Assembly (NCBI GenBank): GCA_964525755.1
Contig: CAZGIK010000004.1
Coordinates: 16,170 to 80,169, forward strand
Direction: 5' to 3'
Source: an uncultured Verrucomicrobiota bacterium
GTDB lineage: Bacteria; Verrucomicrobiota; Verrucomicrobiia; Limisphaerales; UBA9464
DNA: 64,000 nucleotides
The translations under genes were made by a program, and so were the position numbers. The notes under the pieces were generated by a model. It worked only from the letters and a program-made list of their open reading frames with translations. It was not told where the DNA came from and did no database searches. Positions 44,290 to 52,583 of the stretch are shown one piece after another; position 1 is the first letter of the stretch, and every line of letters starts with the position of its first letter.

Positions 44290-46707
44290 TCACCTCCCGG
44301 TCGACAGGCTCCGGGCTCGGCGGATCAGATCGACCATCTCGGCCCGGTAGCCGCCCGGATCCGCCCCGAGCCCCTGCTCCGCCATCCGGAGCACCGCGGC
44401 ATGGTCGAGCGTCCCCCGATGCGCCGACCCGCGGAGCAGCATGCCGAAGCCGGCCGCCGCCGCCGAGAACCTGAAGTCGGCCGACGCCGCCTCCCAGGCC
44501 ACCGGCGCATCCGCCACCGGCACGGACAGCAACCGGCTGGTATCGGCATCGGGGAGCTTGTAGCGGAGCTTGAGGTGGAGCAGCTCGGACGCGCGGGCCG
44601 GATCGGTGTCGACGCGGGCGGTCTCCTCCCGGGCCGCCGCCGCATACCGCAGCGGATCCACCCCGAGCCCCGTCCCGCCCACGGGCACGACCTCGTAGAG
44701 CGCCGTGACGGCGTGCCCCGCGCCCATCTCGCCGCCGTCCTTGGTGTCGTCGTTGAAGTCGCGGTCGGCGAGCAGGCGGTTCTCGTAGCCGAGCAGCCGC
44801 CACGAGGCCACCCGGGCCGGGTTGAACTCGACCTGGATCTTCACGTCCTTCGCCACGGTCACCAGCGTCGCCTCGAGCTGCTCGTCCAGCACCCGGGCCG
44901 CCTCGCGGAAACCGTCGATGTACGCGTAGTTGCCGTTCCCGCGGTCGGCGAGCAGCTCGGTGGTGCGGTCCTGGAAGTTGCCGACGCCGTAGCCGAGCAC
45001 GCTGAGGAACACCCCGGTCCGGGCCTTGGCCGTGATCAGGTCGAGAAGCTCCTCCCGGCTGGTCAGGCCGACGTTGAAATCGCCGTCGGTGCACAGCAGC
45101 ACCCGGTTCACCCCCTCCTCCCGATAGCCCCGGACCGCCAGGTCATAGGCGGTGGTGATCCCAGCGCTTCCGTGGGTGGAGCCCCCGGACTTCAGACCGT
45201 CGATGGCCCGGAGGATCGCCGCCTTGTCCGAACCCGGGGTGGGCTCGAGGGCCACCCCGGCACTGCCGGCGTAGGTGACGATCGCCACCGAGTCGCGGGG
45301 CGTCAGCCGTTCCACCAGCAGCCGCAGGGTCTGGCGGACCAGGGGCAGCTTGTTCTCGGGCTGCATCGAGCCGCTCACGTCGACGAGGAACACCAGGTTG
45401 GCCGCAGGACGTTCGGCCCGCGCGATCTCCCGGGCCCGCACCGCCACCCGCACCAGGCGGTGGCCGGGAGCCCACGGGCAGTCGGCCGACTCCACCCGCA
45501 TCGCCACCGGGTCGGCCCCGGTGGGCGCCGGGTCCTGGTATCGGAAATAGTTGATGAACTCCTCGAGGCGTACCGCCCCGGCCGGGGGCAGCTGCCCGTC
45601 ACGGAGGAGCCGCCGGACGTTCGCGTAGCTGGCCGTGTCGACGTCGATGCCGAAGGTCGAGAGCGGCTGTTCCCGCACCGGGCGGAATGGATTCTCGGCC
45701 AACTGCTCGTAGCCCTCGCCCGCCGCCGTGACGAGTCGCGGCCGGGTGGGCGATGGCGACAACTGTTCGACCATCTTCACACCATCGCCCGCGACCGGCG
45801 GAGTGAAGTAGAGCGTCCGCCCGGCGGCGGCGGGTGGCGCCCCCTCGGTCCCCAACCGAAGCTCCACCTCGGGCCGGGCGGCGGACACGGGCGTCGGGGA
45901 CGGCGCCACGGCGGATGCCAGGGGAGCCACATTGCGGCTGATCGTCACCTTGGCATCCGACGGCACGGCCCCGGGACCCCCGGGCAGGCCGCCGGCCGAC
46001 GGCTCGGCCGCGGGCGCCAGGCCGTAGCGTGCGGCCAGGCGCGGCTCCGAAGACTGCTGACGGCGCAGGAGATCCCGCGCCGGATCCGCATCCGTCGCTG
46101 CGGACGCCCCCGGCGGCACGGTCGGAGCAACCTGAATCGCCAGGGTGTCCATGGGAGCCGACCCGACCGCTTGTCCGGTTGATGGCGCAGCCGACACCTT
46201 GCGTCCGGTGGCCTCGTTGGCGCGGTAGCGGAACGTGTCGAGCGACTCCGCCTCGCGACCCCCCGGGGCGTTGGTGCCCGTCCGCAGCGTCTCGAGCCGT
46301 GCCGCCAGCCAGGCGGCCCGTGTGGAGCCCGCGTCGGGCGGCGGAAGCAGCAGGCTGGCCGCGATGAGCGCCAGTCCGGCCGCCGTGGTGAACCCGAGGA
46401 GCCACTGCCACCAGGGCCGCGCCGGGCGGCTGGCCACCGGCCCGGCGGCCGGGGTGGCGGACCCGTGTGCCCGCTCCGTGGCACCGGACAGCCACGCCCT
46501 CTGGACCGGCGCGAGTGCGGGTGCAGACTCGGCAGCCAGCGCCGCACCCAGGTCGGCGGACGCACGGCGCAACGACTCCAGCTCGGCCCGCAGGACCGGA
46601 TCGGCCGCGAGGGCCGCCTCGACCTCGGCCCGCTGTCCGTCGGTCAATTCACCGACCAGGTAGGCGGTCAGCTCGGGGGAATCAGGGGAAAGTTTCATGG
46701 GAGGCAT
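44290..46707 (-). CDS. Anti-sigma factor N-terminal domain - TM - Ala/Pro-rich linker - von Willebrand factor A (YfbK-like) protein
   Basis: N-terminus LTAYLVGELTDGQRAEVEAALAADPVLRAELESLR (anti-sigma-like). TM WWQWLLGFTTAAGLALIAASLLL. vWA N-terminal extension LSTFGIDVDTASYANVRRLL..LEEFINYF. MIDAS motif NLVFLVDVSGSM. Located 26 nt downstream of the ECF sigma gene. Confidence 0.75.
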   Translation of the reverse strand: MPPMKLSPDSPELTAYLVGELTDGQRAEVEAALAADPVLRAELESLRRASADLGAALAAESAPALAPVQRAWLSGATERAHGSATPAAGPVASRPARPWWQWLLGFTTAAGLALIAASLLLPPPDAGSTRAAWLAARLETLRTGTNAPGGREAESLDTFRYRANEATGRKVSAAPSTGQAVGSAPMDTLAIQVAPTVPPGASAATDADPARDLLRRQQSSEPRLAARYGLAPAAEPSAGGLPGGPGAVPSDAKVTISRNVAPLASAVAPSPTPVSAARPEVELRLGTEGAPPAAAGRTLYFTPPVAGDGVKMVEQLSPSPTRPRLVTAAGEGYEQLAENPFRPVREQPLSTFGIDVDTASYANVRRLLRDGQLPPAGAVRLEEFINYFRYQDPAPTGADPVAMRVESADCPWAPGHRLVRVAVRAREIARAERPAANLVFLVDVSGSMQPENKLPLVRQTLRLLVERLTPRDSVAIVTYAGSAGVALEPTPGSDKAAILRAIDGLKSGGSTHGSAGITTAYDLAVRGYREEGVNRVLLCTDGDFNVGLTSREELLDLITAKARTGVFLSVLGYGVGNFQDRTTELLADRGNGNYAYIDGFREAARVLDEQLEATLVTVAKDVKIQVEFNPARVASWRLLGYENRLLADRDFNDDTKDGGEMGAGHAVTALYEVVPVGGTGLGVDPLRYAAAAREETARVDTDPARASELLHLKLRYKLPDADTSRLLSVPVADAPVAWEAASADFRFSAAAAGFGMLLRGSAHRGTLDHAAVLRMAEQGLGADPGGYRAEMVDLIRRARSLSTGR

Positions 46708-46733
46708 CAGGGGAGAGGGACAGGGTTCACGGT

Positions 46734-47273
46734 TCAGGCGACGGCGGGATCGGCGTCATCCAGGGCTCGGTACCGGCCGCGCAGGGCTTTCAGCGCCTGG
46801 TGCAGGAGGACACCCACATGCGACACGCTGAGCGACGTGATCGCCGAGATCTCCTCGTAGCTCAGGTGGTTCTGGAACTTCAGCCGCACCACCTCCTGCT
46901 GGCGCAGGGGCAGCTCGGCCAGAAGTTCCAGCACGGTGCGCGCCGCATCCCGCGAGGCGGCCGCCTCGTCGGGCGCCGGCTCGGGGGACGCGGCATGGGC
47001 CAGGTCGGTTTCTTCCAAGGGTCGCATGCGGGAATCCTTTCTGTGTTGGTCAATCACCCGGTTGCGGGCCACACGGAACAGCCACGGCACCTCGCGCCCC
47101 TCCATCCCCGCCGGACCCTGCTCGCACAACCGCAGGAACGTGTCCTGCACCACGTCGCGCGCCGCCTCGAGATCGCCGGTGAGCGAAACCACGTAACGGA
47201 GCAGGGTCCCCTCATGGGCCGACATCAATTGCCGCAGCCACTCGGTTTCCGGACGCAGAAGAGAGTCATTCAT
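46734..47273 (-). CDS. ECF-type RNA polymerase sigma factor
   Basis: In-frame ATG at 47273 (MNDSLLRPE..). Region 2 DVVQDTFLRL..WLFRVARNRVIDQHR. Region 4 LPLRQQEVVRLKFQNHLSYEEISAITSLSVSHVGVLLHQALKALR. Confidence 0.85.
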   Translation of the reverse strand: MNDSLLRPETEWLRQLMSAHEGTLLRYVVSLTGDLEAARDVVQDTFLRLCEQGPAGMEGREVPWLFRVARNRVIDQHRKDSRMRPLEETDLAHAASPEPAPDEAAASRDAARTVLELLAELPLRQQEVVRLKFQNHLSYEEISAITSLSVSHVGVLLHQALKALRGRYRALDDADPAVA

Positions 47274-47310
47274 GTCGCCACACACACCGTTCCCCAGGAC
47301 AACGGCCAAC

Positions 47311-47346
47311 CCGAGGTTTTCTTACACCCCTTTCCAAGAACCTCGG
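47311..47346. promoter_or_regulatory. Inverted repeat CCGAGGTT-N20-AACCTCGG in the sigma-factor / DUF2061 divergent intergenic region
   Basis: Read directly: ccgaggtt at 47311-47318 and aacctcgg at 47339-47346, in a locally AT-richer spacer 38-73 nt upstream of the sigma ATG. Confidence 0.3.
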
Positions 47347-47453
47347 CAAAGCCCTCAAGCTTCAATCCAAACAAACACAAGCAACTTGGTTGACTATGAA
47401 CGATCCGTGGTCATTCTGGGTGGGTTCCCGCGAATCCTCGCGACGATCGGATC

Positions 47454-47759
47454 ATGGAATCGATCAAGAGAAGCCTCATCAAGTCGGCGAGTTACCGGCT
47501 GTTCGGACTCATCACCACCGGGGCGGTGGCCTGGATGTTCACCCGGGACCTGAGCCTGGCGCTGGGGGTGGGGATTGCCGACACGCTGGCGAAGCTCGGG
47601 CTGTTCTACTTCCACGAGCGGGCCTGGCTGCGGATTTCCTACGGTCGTCCGCAGCATCCGCTCCAGAAGTTCCCGGTCTCACGCCCGCTCTCGGAGGAAC
47701 ACGAGGCGGAGCTGAAGAAGAAGCTCTCCGAACTGGGCTATCTCGGGGAGAACATCTGA
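47454..47759 (+). CDS. DUF2061 domain membrane protein with charged C-terminal tail
   Basis: KRSLIKSASYRLFGLITTGAVAWMFT..ALGVGIADTLAKLGLFYFHERAW matches the DUF2061 two-helix pattern (..SWR..G......LYY.HER.W). Confidence 0.65.
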   Translation: MESIKRSLIKSASYRLFGLITTGAVAWMFTRDLSLALGVGIADTLAKLGLFYFHERAWLRISYGRPQHPLQKFPVSRPLSEEHEAELKKKLSELGYLGENI

Positions 47760-47818
47760 CCCCCGCCCGGTCCCCGGGGTGAAGTGGGCTGCCGGATGCC
47801 GACGCGGGATCCGGGCAG

Positions 47819-47848
47819 CAAAAAGATCGCCGGGTGTACCGGCGATCT
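47819..47848 (-). terminator. Rho-independent terminator of rpsT
   Basis: Perfect 10-bp stem agatcgccgg / ccggcgatct (47824-47833 / 47839-47848) with a 5-nt loop. It is followed on the minus strand by TTTTT (plus-strand aaaaa at 47820-47824, the last A doubling as the first stem base). Lies 34 nt downstream of the rpsT stop. Confidence 0.6.
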
Positions 47849-47881
47849 CATGAAAGGCGTCGGGCGGCGACGTCGGGAGGG

Positions 47882-48160
47882 TCAGGCCGCCTTGGCGGCG
47901 AGGGCGGCATTGAGCCGCAGCTGGAGGCGGGAGCGCTTCCGGCCCGCCGTCTCGGCCTTGATCACGCCCCCCTTGGAGGCCTTGGCCAGGGCGGAGACCA
48001 CGCCGGTCAGGGCGGTGCCGGCCTCGTCCAGCTTCCCGGCGGCCAGCTGGGCGACAAATTTCTTCTCCAAGGTCCCCACACGGGACTTCACGGAGCGGTT
48101 GCGGGCGGCCTTGCGGGCGCTGCTGCGCATGCGCTTCTCGGCGGATTTCGTGTTCGGCAT
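47882..48160 (-). CDS. rpsT: 30S ribosomal protein S20
   Basis: MPNTKSAEKRMRSSARKAARNRSVKSRVGTLEKKF.. is the last 92 codons of track ORF 47882..48850, with the ATG at 48160. Confidence 0.9.
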   Translation of the reverse strand: MPNTKSAEKRMRSSARKAARNRSVKSRVGTLEKKFVAQLAAGKLDEAGTALTGVVSALAKASKGGVIKAETAGRKRSRLQLRLNAALAAKAA

Positions 48161-48186
48161 GACGTCGACTAAAAAATGGAGGCCGG

Positions 48187-48214
48187 ACACTATCCCCCGG
48201 GCCCCCGATGTCAA
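48187..48214 (-). promoter_or_regulatory. Candidate sigma-70-type promoter of rpsT
   Basis: Minus strand reads TTGACA (48214-48209), a 16-nt spacer, then TAGTGT (48192-48187), about 27 nt upstream of the ATG. Assumes an E. coli-like consensus applies in this phylum. Confidence 0.4.
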
Positions 48215-48277
48215 CGTGTTGTTGCGGCGGGTGGATTGCCCCTTGCCCGGAACGGGGATCGGCGGTTGAAGGGGCGC

Positions 48278-48694
48278 ATGACGTACGTCTGGGCGGCATT
48301 GATCGGAACCCTGAGCGGCGTGTGCAGCGGGCTGTTCGGCGTGGGCGGCGGGATCGTCATGATCCCCGCCATGGTGATCCTCCTCCAGATGGACATGAAA
48401 CGGGCCGTCGGCACCTCCCTGCTGGTGATCATCCCCACCGCCATGGTCGGAAGCTTCAAGCACTTCCGGAACGGGAACGTCGACGGGCACCTGGCGGCCC
48501 TGATCATCCCCGCCGCGCTGGTCACCGGCTACCTCGGCGCCTGGCTCACGCAGCACATCGCGTCGGCCTCCCTCCGCCGGGGCTTCGGGGTGTTCCTCGT
48601 CGGGATCGGCGTCTACCTCGTGCTCGGCCGGTTCCCGTCCACGTCGGAACCGACCCCCTCCACGCCCGCGCCCCCGCCCGCCGCCGGCACCTGA
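48278..48694 (+). CDS. TauE/SafE-family anion exporter, half-size (4 TM)
   Basis: In-frame ATG at 48278. SGLFGVGGGIVMIPAMVILL..KRAVGTSLLVIIPTA signature. Only ~138 aa, versus ~250 aa in typical members. Confidence 0.7.
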   Translation: MTYVWAALIGTLSGVCSGLFGVGGGIVMIPAMVILLQMDMKRAVGTSLLVIIPTAMVGSFKHFRNGNVDGHLAALIIPAALVTGYLGAWLTQHIASASLRRGFGVFLVGIGVYLVLGRFPSTSEPTPSTPAPPPAAGT

Positions 48695-50025
48695 CCGCCG
48701 ACATCCCGTCCGCCATCGCCCCCGTCCTTCAGGTGGATCGTCTGCGTCGGGAAGGCAAAGTCGATCCCCTCGGCATCGAAGCGTTCCTTGGTCTCCAGGT
48801 TCAACTCCTGCAGGGCCCGCGTCGCCTCGGCCCAGTCGGTGCTCTTGCACCAGTACAGGATGTCGAGGTTGAGGAAGAAATCGCCGAACTTGTTGAACCG
48901 GACCAGCACGTCGGCGGTCTGCGGATGGCCGCGGTAGATCGACTCCAGCAGCTCAAGGGCCCGACGGACCTTCGGGGCCGGGGTGTCGTAGGTGATGCCC
49001 ACGGCGTGGTTGAACCGGATGGTCCCGCGCCGGGTGATGTTGATCACGGTGTTGTTGCCGACGGTCTTGTTCGGGAGGGTGACGATGAAGCCCTCGAGGG
49101 TGCGGACCCGGGTGGCCCGCAGACCCATCTCCTCGACAAACCCGTCCACGCCGCCGGCCTGGATCCGGTCGCCCAGCCGGAAGGGGCGGTCGAGGAACAC
49201 GGCCACAGCGCCGAACAGGTTCGCCACCGTGTCCTGCGCCGCCAGGCCGAGTGCCAGGCCGAGGACCGACACCGAGCCGAGCAGCGTCGTGATGTCCACC
49301 CCGAGGTTCTGCAGGAGGGTCAGGACCGCGAGGATGACGATCGTGAATTTCAGGAGCCGGCCGATGAGCCCCAGGAACCCGGCGTGGAATCCCCGGTCGG
49401 CATCGGCCGAGATCCGGCCGGACCAGATCGACACCACCGCATCCACCGACTTCAACAGCACCAGGATGAGCGAGGCGGCGACGGCGATCAGCGTGATCCG
49501 GTTCAAGCCCCGCTCAGCCCAGTCGGGCCAGTCGAACAGTTCCAGCCCGATGTTCAGGCAGAGCACGAACACGATCACCTTCACCGGCCCGTCGGCCAGG
49601 CCCACGAGCACGTCGTCCCATCGGGTCGCCGTCTTCCCGGCCAGGGTCCGCAGCCGGTTCTTCACCAGCCAGTCCACCGCCTTGGAGGCGTAGAACGCGA
49701 TGAGGGCGTAGAGGAGGAAGGCGATGTACTGCCACAGCGGGGTGCCGAGCACCGGGGTCTGGAGGAACGGCACCCGGTCGAGTCCGAAGGAGAGCTGTCC
49801 CCGGTAGGCGTCGACGAAATCCCGTCCGAGGAGGTTCCGGGCAAGTTCCTCGGCCGCCACCATCGGCAGACCCGGGACCGGTGCCGCGGCCGGTGCCGGC
49901 GCCGCGGCCTCCTGCGCCTCGACCCGCGACCAAACACTCCAGACGACACCCGCCAGGCAGACCAGGAGGAACACCCGAAGGAACCACTCGGGGGAGAGAC
50001 GTTTCCGCATCAGGACCTGCGACAT
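48613..50025 (-). CDS. Mechanosensitive ion channel, MscS family
   Basis: In-frame ATG at 50025 (MSQVLMRKRLSPEWFLRVFLLVCLAG). Core ANLFGAVAVFLDRPFRLGDRIQAGGVDGFVEEMGLRATRVRTLEGFIVTLPNK. The low-complexity C-terminus overlaps the TauE gene's 3' end by 82 nt (convergent). Confidence 0.85.
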   Translation of the reverse strand: MSQVLMRKRLSPEWFLRVFLLVCLAGVVWSVWSRVEAQEAAAPAPAAAPVPGLPMVAAEELARNLLGRDFVDAYRGQLSFGLDRVPFLQTPVLGTPLWQYIAFLLYALIAFYASKAVDWLVKNRLRTLAGKTATRWDDVLVGLADGPVKVIVFVLCLNIGLELFDWPDWAERGLNRITLIAVAASLILVLLKSVDAVVSIWSGRISADADRGFHAGFLGLIGRLLKFTIVILAVLTLLQNLGVDITTLLGSVSVLGLALGLAAQDTVANLFGAVAVFLDRPFRLGDRIQAGGVDGFVEEMGLRATRVRTLEGFIVTLPNKTVGNNTVINITRRGTIRFNHAVGITYDTPAPKVRRALELLESIYRGHPQTADVLVRFNKFGDFFLNLDILYWCKSTDWAEATRALQELNLETKERFDAEGIDFAFPTQTIHLKDGGDGGRDVGGQVPAAGGGAGVEGVGSDVDGNRPSTR

Positions 50026-50102
50026 AGCGGCCGCATCCGGTCGTGGCAAGGAAAGGGCCGGGAAAGGGCCGGGAACGCTTTCGTGGCACGGGGGCCGGCC
50101 CC

Positions 50103-52442
50103 CTACCCGCCCGGGGCCACCTCGAACCGGGCCAGCACGTTGCGGAAGAGCGCCTGGAACTTCGGGTCATGGTACAGGGCCCAGCCTGAGCCGATGCTCC
50201 CCGCATGGAACACCCGACCGCCCGCCGGTCGTTCCCACCAGATCATCTCGCCGCCCTGGTCCCACGCCGGCCGGATGGGCCGGAAGAAGTAGTCGAACGC
50301 GGCACCCCCCTTCGCCCACGGAATCACTCCGCGGGCCAGCAACACGATGCCCGGGGGATCGGCGGGGACCTCGGCCCCGGGCGGCGACGGCTCCCGCTGC
50401 AGCGCCCGGAGGGTCGACAGCCGGATGTCGAACTCGTGCCCGTTGGCCAGCGTGGTCACTCCGTCGGACGCAAACCCGAACGCCTCGTCCTCGCCGAGCC
50501 CCGTGGGATGGGGCTTGTGGAAGAGGGGATGATCCACGCCGACCGCCCGGTAGGGTCCGAAGTTCGCGGGATCGGACTGGTTGTTCCATCCGAGGGTCTC
50601 CAGTCCGACCAGATCCCATCCCGGGTACCCGCACTCGCGCAACATTCCGCCCCGACGCCCGTCCTGGCTGTGCCAGGCCTCGCCACGGCGCGTCCCGGGC
50701 AGCTGGTCCCCGGGCGCGTCGACCTTGCGGCACTCCATCACCTCGCCCCGGGAATCGAAGCTGACCCGCCAGAAGAGGCTGTTCCCGGAAAGGACCGCAA
50801 GGTTGCCGCCGCTGCCGAGATACCGCCGGAGCCCGTCCAGTGCCGCGACGGACCAGTACTCGCTGTGCCCGTTCAGCACCACCGCCGCATACCGGCGGAA
50901 CAGGTCCGGGTCGCGGTGCAGGTCCACGTCGGCCGCCACGTCGAAGGGGATGCCCTCCCGGTCGAGCCACGCGTGGAGGTGGCGTTCGGCCCGCATCAGG
51001 TGGCTGTACCGGGTCGGGCCGCCGTACAGGACGTACGGCTCGGCCGCCGGCCACGGCATCCGCCGCCCCAGCTGATAGGTCCCCTGCCCGGCGGCGTGCG
51101 GACGGTAGAAGCAGAAGGCGGGCGGATCGCCCGGGGCATTGGGCAGGCCTCCGGTGCCGATCACGGCATGGAGGGAATCCGGCCACACGCCGAACGGCGC
51201 CCCGTTGTACGCCCGCCAGGTGCTGGTGGAACACACCACCAGCAGCCGCGGACGCGGGCGCCCCGGCCCCGGGGCGGACCGGACGAGGAACGTCAGGTGC
51301 CGCAACCGGTCACGCCCCGCCTCCCCATACCGCAACCGGACGGCATACACCCCGGGCCGGGCATTCGACGGCACCCGCCAGGCGAAGGATTCGGGCCAGC
51401 GGCAGTCATGGAGGTCGTCCGACGCCAGACGGAGCCCGTGCCCGCGGTCCGGATCCGTCCCCGGCTCGTAGTCACCGAACCGCGCCACCTCGGCCTGGAA
51501 GGCCGGGCCGCCGATCATCCACGTGGCCAGGTTGACGATCCGCCCGTGGCGCCGATGCCGCCCCGAATCGGCCACACGCCCGCCCGTCTCCTCGGAAAAA
51601 CCCCACACCGCCAGCACGTCCCCGCCGCGCGGAACGGTCCGCGCCCGGTCGGCCCAACGCGCCCCGACCTCGGTCGCCGTCAGGCCGCGCGACCGGACCA
51701 CCGGCAGCGCGATGTCGGCATCGAGGAAGCGCACCGCCTCCCCTCCCTCCCCCATCGCCCCCAGGCGCAGCGGATGCCGCCCGGTCCGGAACGGCCCGGC
51801 GAAATCCCACCGCCCCACCTCCCGGCCGTCCACCCACACGGTCTTCGTCCGGCCGTCCCACGCCGCCACCACATGCTGCCACACACCCGGGCGCACCACG
51901 CCGGGGGCGGTCCGATGCACCTGCACCTCGTCCGGGCCGGTCCCGTTCCCGAGGAAGAACCCGACATATCCCCCGGGACCGATGCCCAGCGCGAAGCCCT
52001 CGTCGCTCTGCTTGTCCTCCTGCGTGATGACCCCGGCGAGGCGCTCCACCGCCCACGGGCGGATCCACACCTCGAGCGACAGGCCCCGCGGCGTGCCCCG
52101 GATCCGTCGGGCCACATGGACGTAGGACCCCGGATGGATCGCCCGCGGTACCGCGGGGAATTCCCCCAGGCGGGCGACCACCTCGTCCCCTTCCGGATCG
52201 TCGATCCGGGTCCCGAGGCGGACGATCTCCGCCCGGTGCGGCACGGTGCTCGACAGATGGAACGCGATCCGTCGGCCGGCCACGACACTGTCGGCATCGG
52301 CATACCCATGCACCCCGGGGACCACCTCTCCCCGGTGGGGTGGGATTCCGTCGGGCGACGGCCATGCCGACCGGTCGATCGATGCCGATGCCGCCGCCAG
52401 GGCGGCCGTCTCGAGGAAGGTCCTGCGGGAAACCGGGGTCAC
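50103..52442 (-). CDS. N,N-dimethylformamidase beta-subunit-like protein (LamG-like + glutamine-amidotransferase-like C-terminal domain), Tat signal
   Basis: Start set at the in-frame GTG 52442, giving VTPVSRRTFLETAALAAASA. LamG-like WQHVVAAWDG..VWVDGREV. DMFA2_C-like LLVVCSTSTWRAYNG.., VLNGHSEYWS..LRRYLGSGGNLAVLSGNSLFWRV. The upstream ~340 codons of track ORF 50103..53468 are the antisense shadow of the propeller gene. Confidence 0.65.
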   Translation of the reverse strand: MTPVSRRTFLETAALAAASASIDRSAWPSPDGIPPHRGEVVPGVHGYADADSVVAGRRIAFHLSSTVPHRAEIVRLGTRIDDPEGDEVVARLGEFPAVPRAIHPGSYVHVARRIRGTPRGLSLEVWIRPWAVERLAGVITQEDKQSDEGFALGIGPGGYVGFFLGNGTGPDEVQVHRTAPGVVRPGVWQHVVAAWDGRTKTVWVDGREVGRWDFAGPFRTGRHPLRLGAMGEGGEAVRFLDADIALPVVRSRGLTATEVGARWADRARTVPRGGDVLAVWGFSEETGGRVADSGRHRRHGRIVNLATWMIGGPAFQAEVARFGDYEPGTDPDRGHGLRLASDDLHDCRWPESFAWRVPSNARPGVYAVRLRYGEAGRDRLRHLTFLVRSAPGPGRPRPRLLVVCSTSTWRAYNGAPFGVWPDSLHAVIGTGGLPNAPGDPPAFCFYRPHAAGQGTYQLGRRMPWPAAEPYVLYGGPTRYSHLMRAERHLHAWLDREGIPFDVAADVDLHRDPDLFRRYAAVVLNGHSEYWSVAALDGLRRYLGSGGNLAVLSGNSLFWRVSFDSRGEVMECRKVDAPGDQLPGTRRGEAWHSQDGRRGGMLRECGYPGWDLVGLETLGWNNQSDPANFGPYRAVGVDHPLFHKPHPTGLGEDEAFGFASDGVTTLANGHEFDIRLSTLRALQREPSPPGAEVPADPPGIVLLARGVIPWAKGGAAFDYFFRPIRPAWDQGGEMIWWERPAGGRVFHAGSIGSGWALYHDPKFQALFRNVLARFEVAPGG

Positions 52443-52583
52443 GGCCCCGTGGAATGCCCCGGGATGCGCCGGGAGTCGAACCGAAACCGCCCCCCATCGG
52501 TCCCCGGCGTGACGCCCCCCCCGGTCCCCGTCGCCCGCCGCCCGGTTGCGAACGGCGGGACGCCCCCCCATAGTCCGTCCGAC

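Noticed and set aside
47882-48850. 322-aa track ORF containing rpsT at its end
   Set aside because: The upstream 230 codons are a Gly/Arg/Asp-rich shadow of the plus-strand TauE gene. Only the last 92 codons (S20) are credible, and a promoter-like element sits just upstream of the ATG at 48160.
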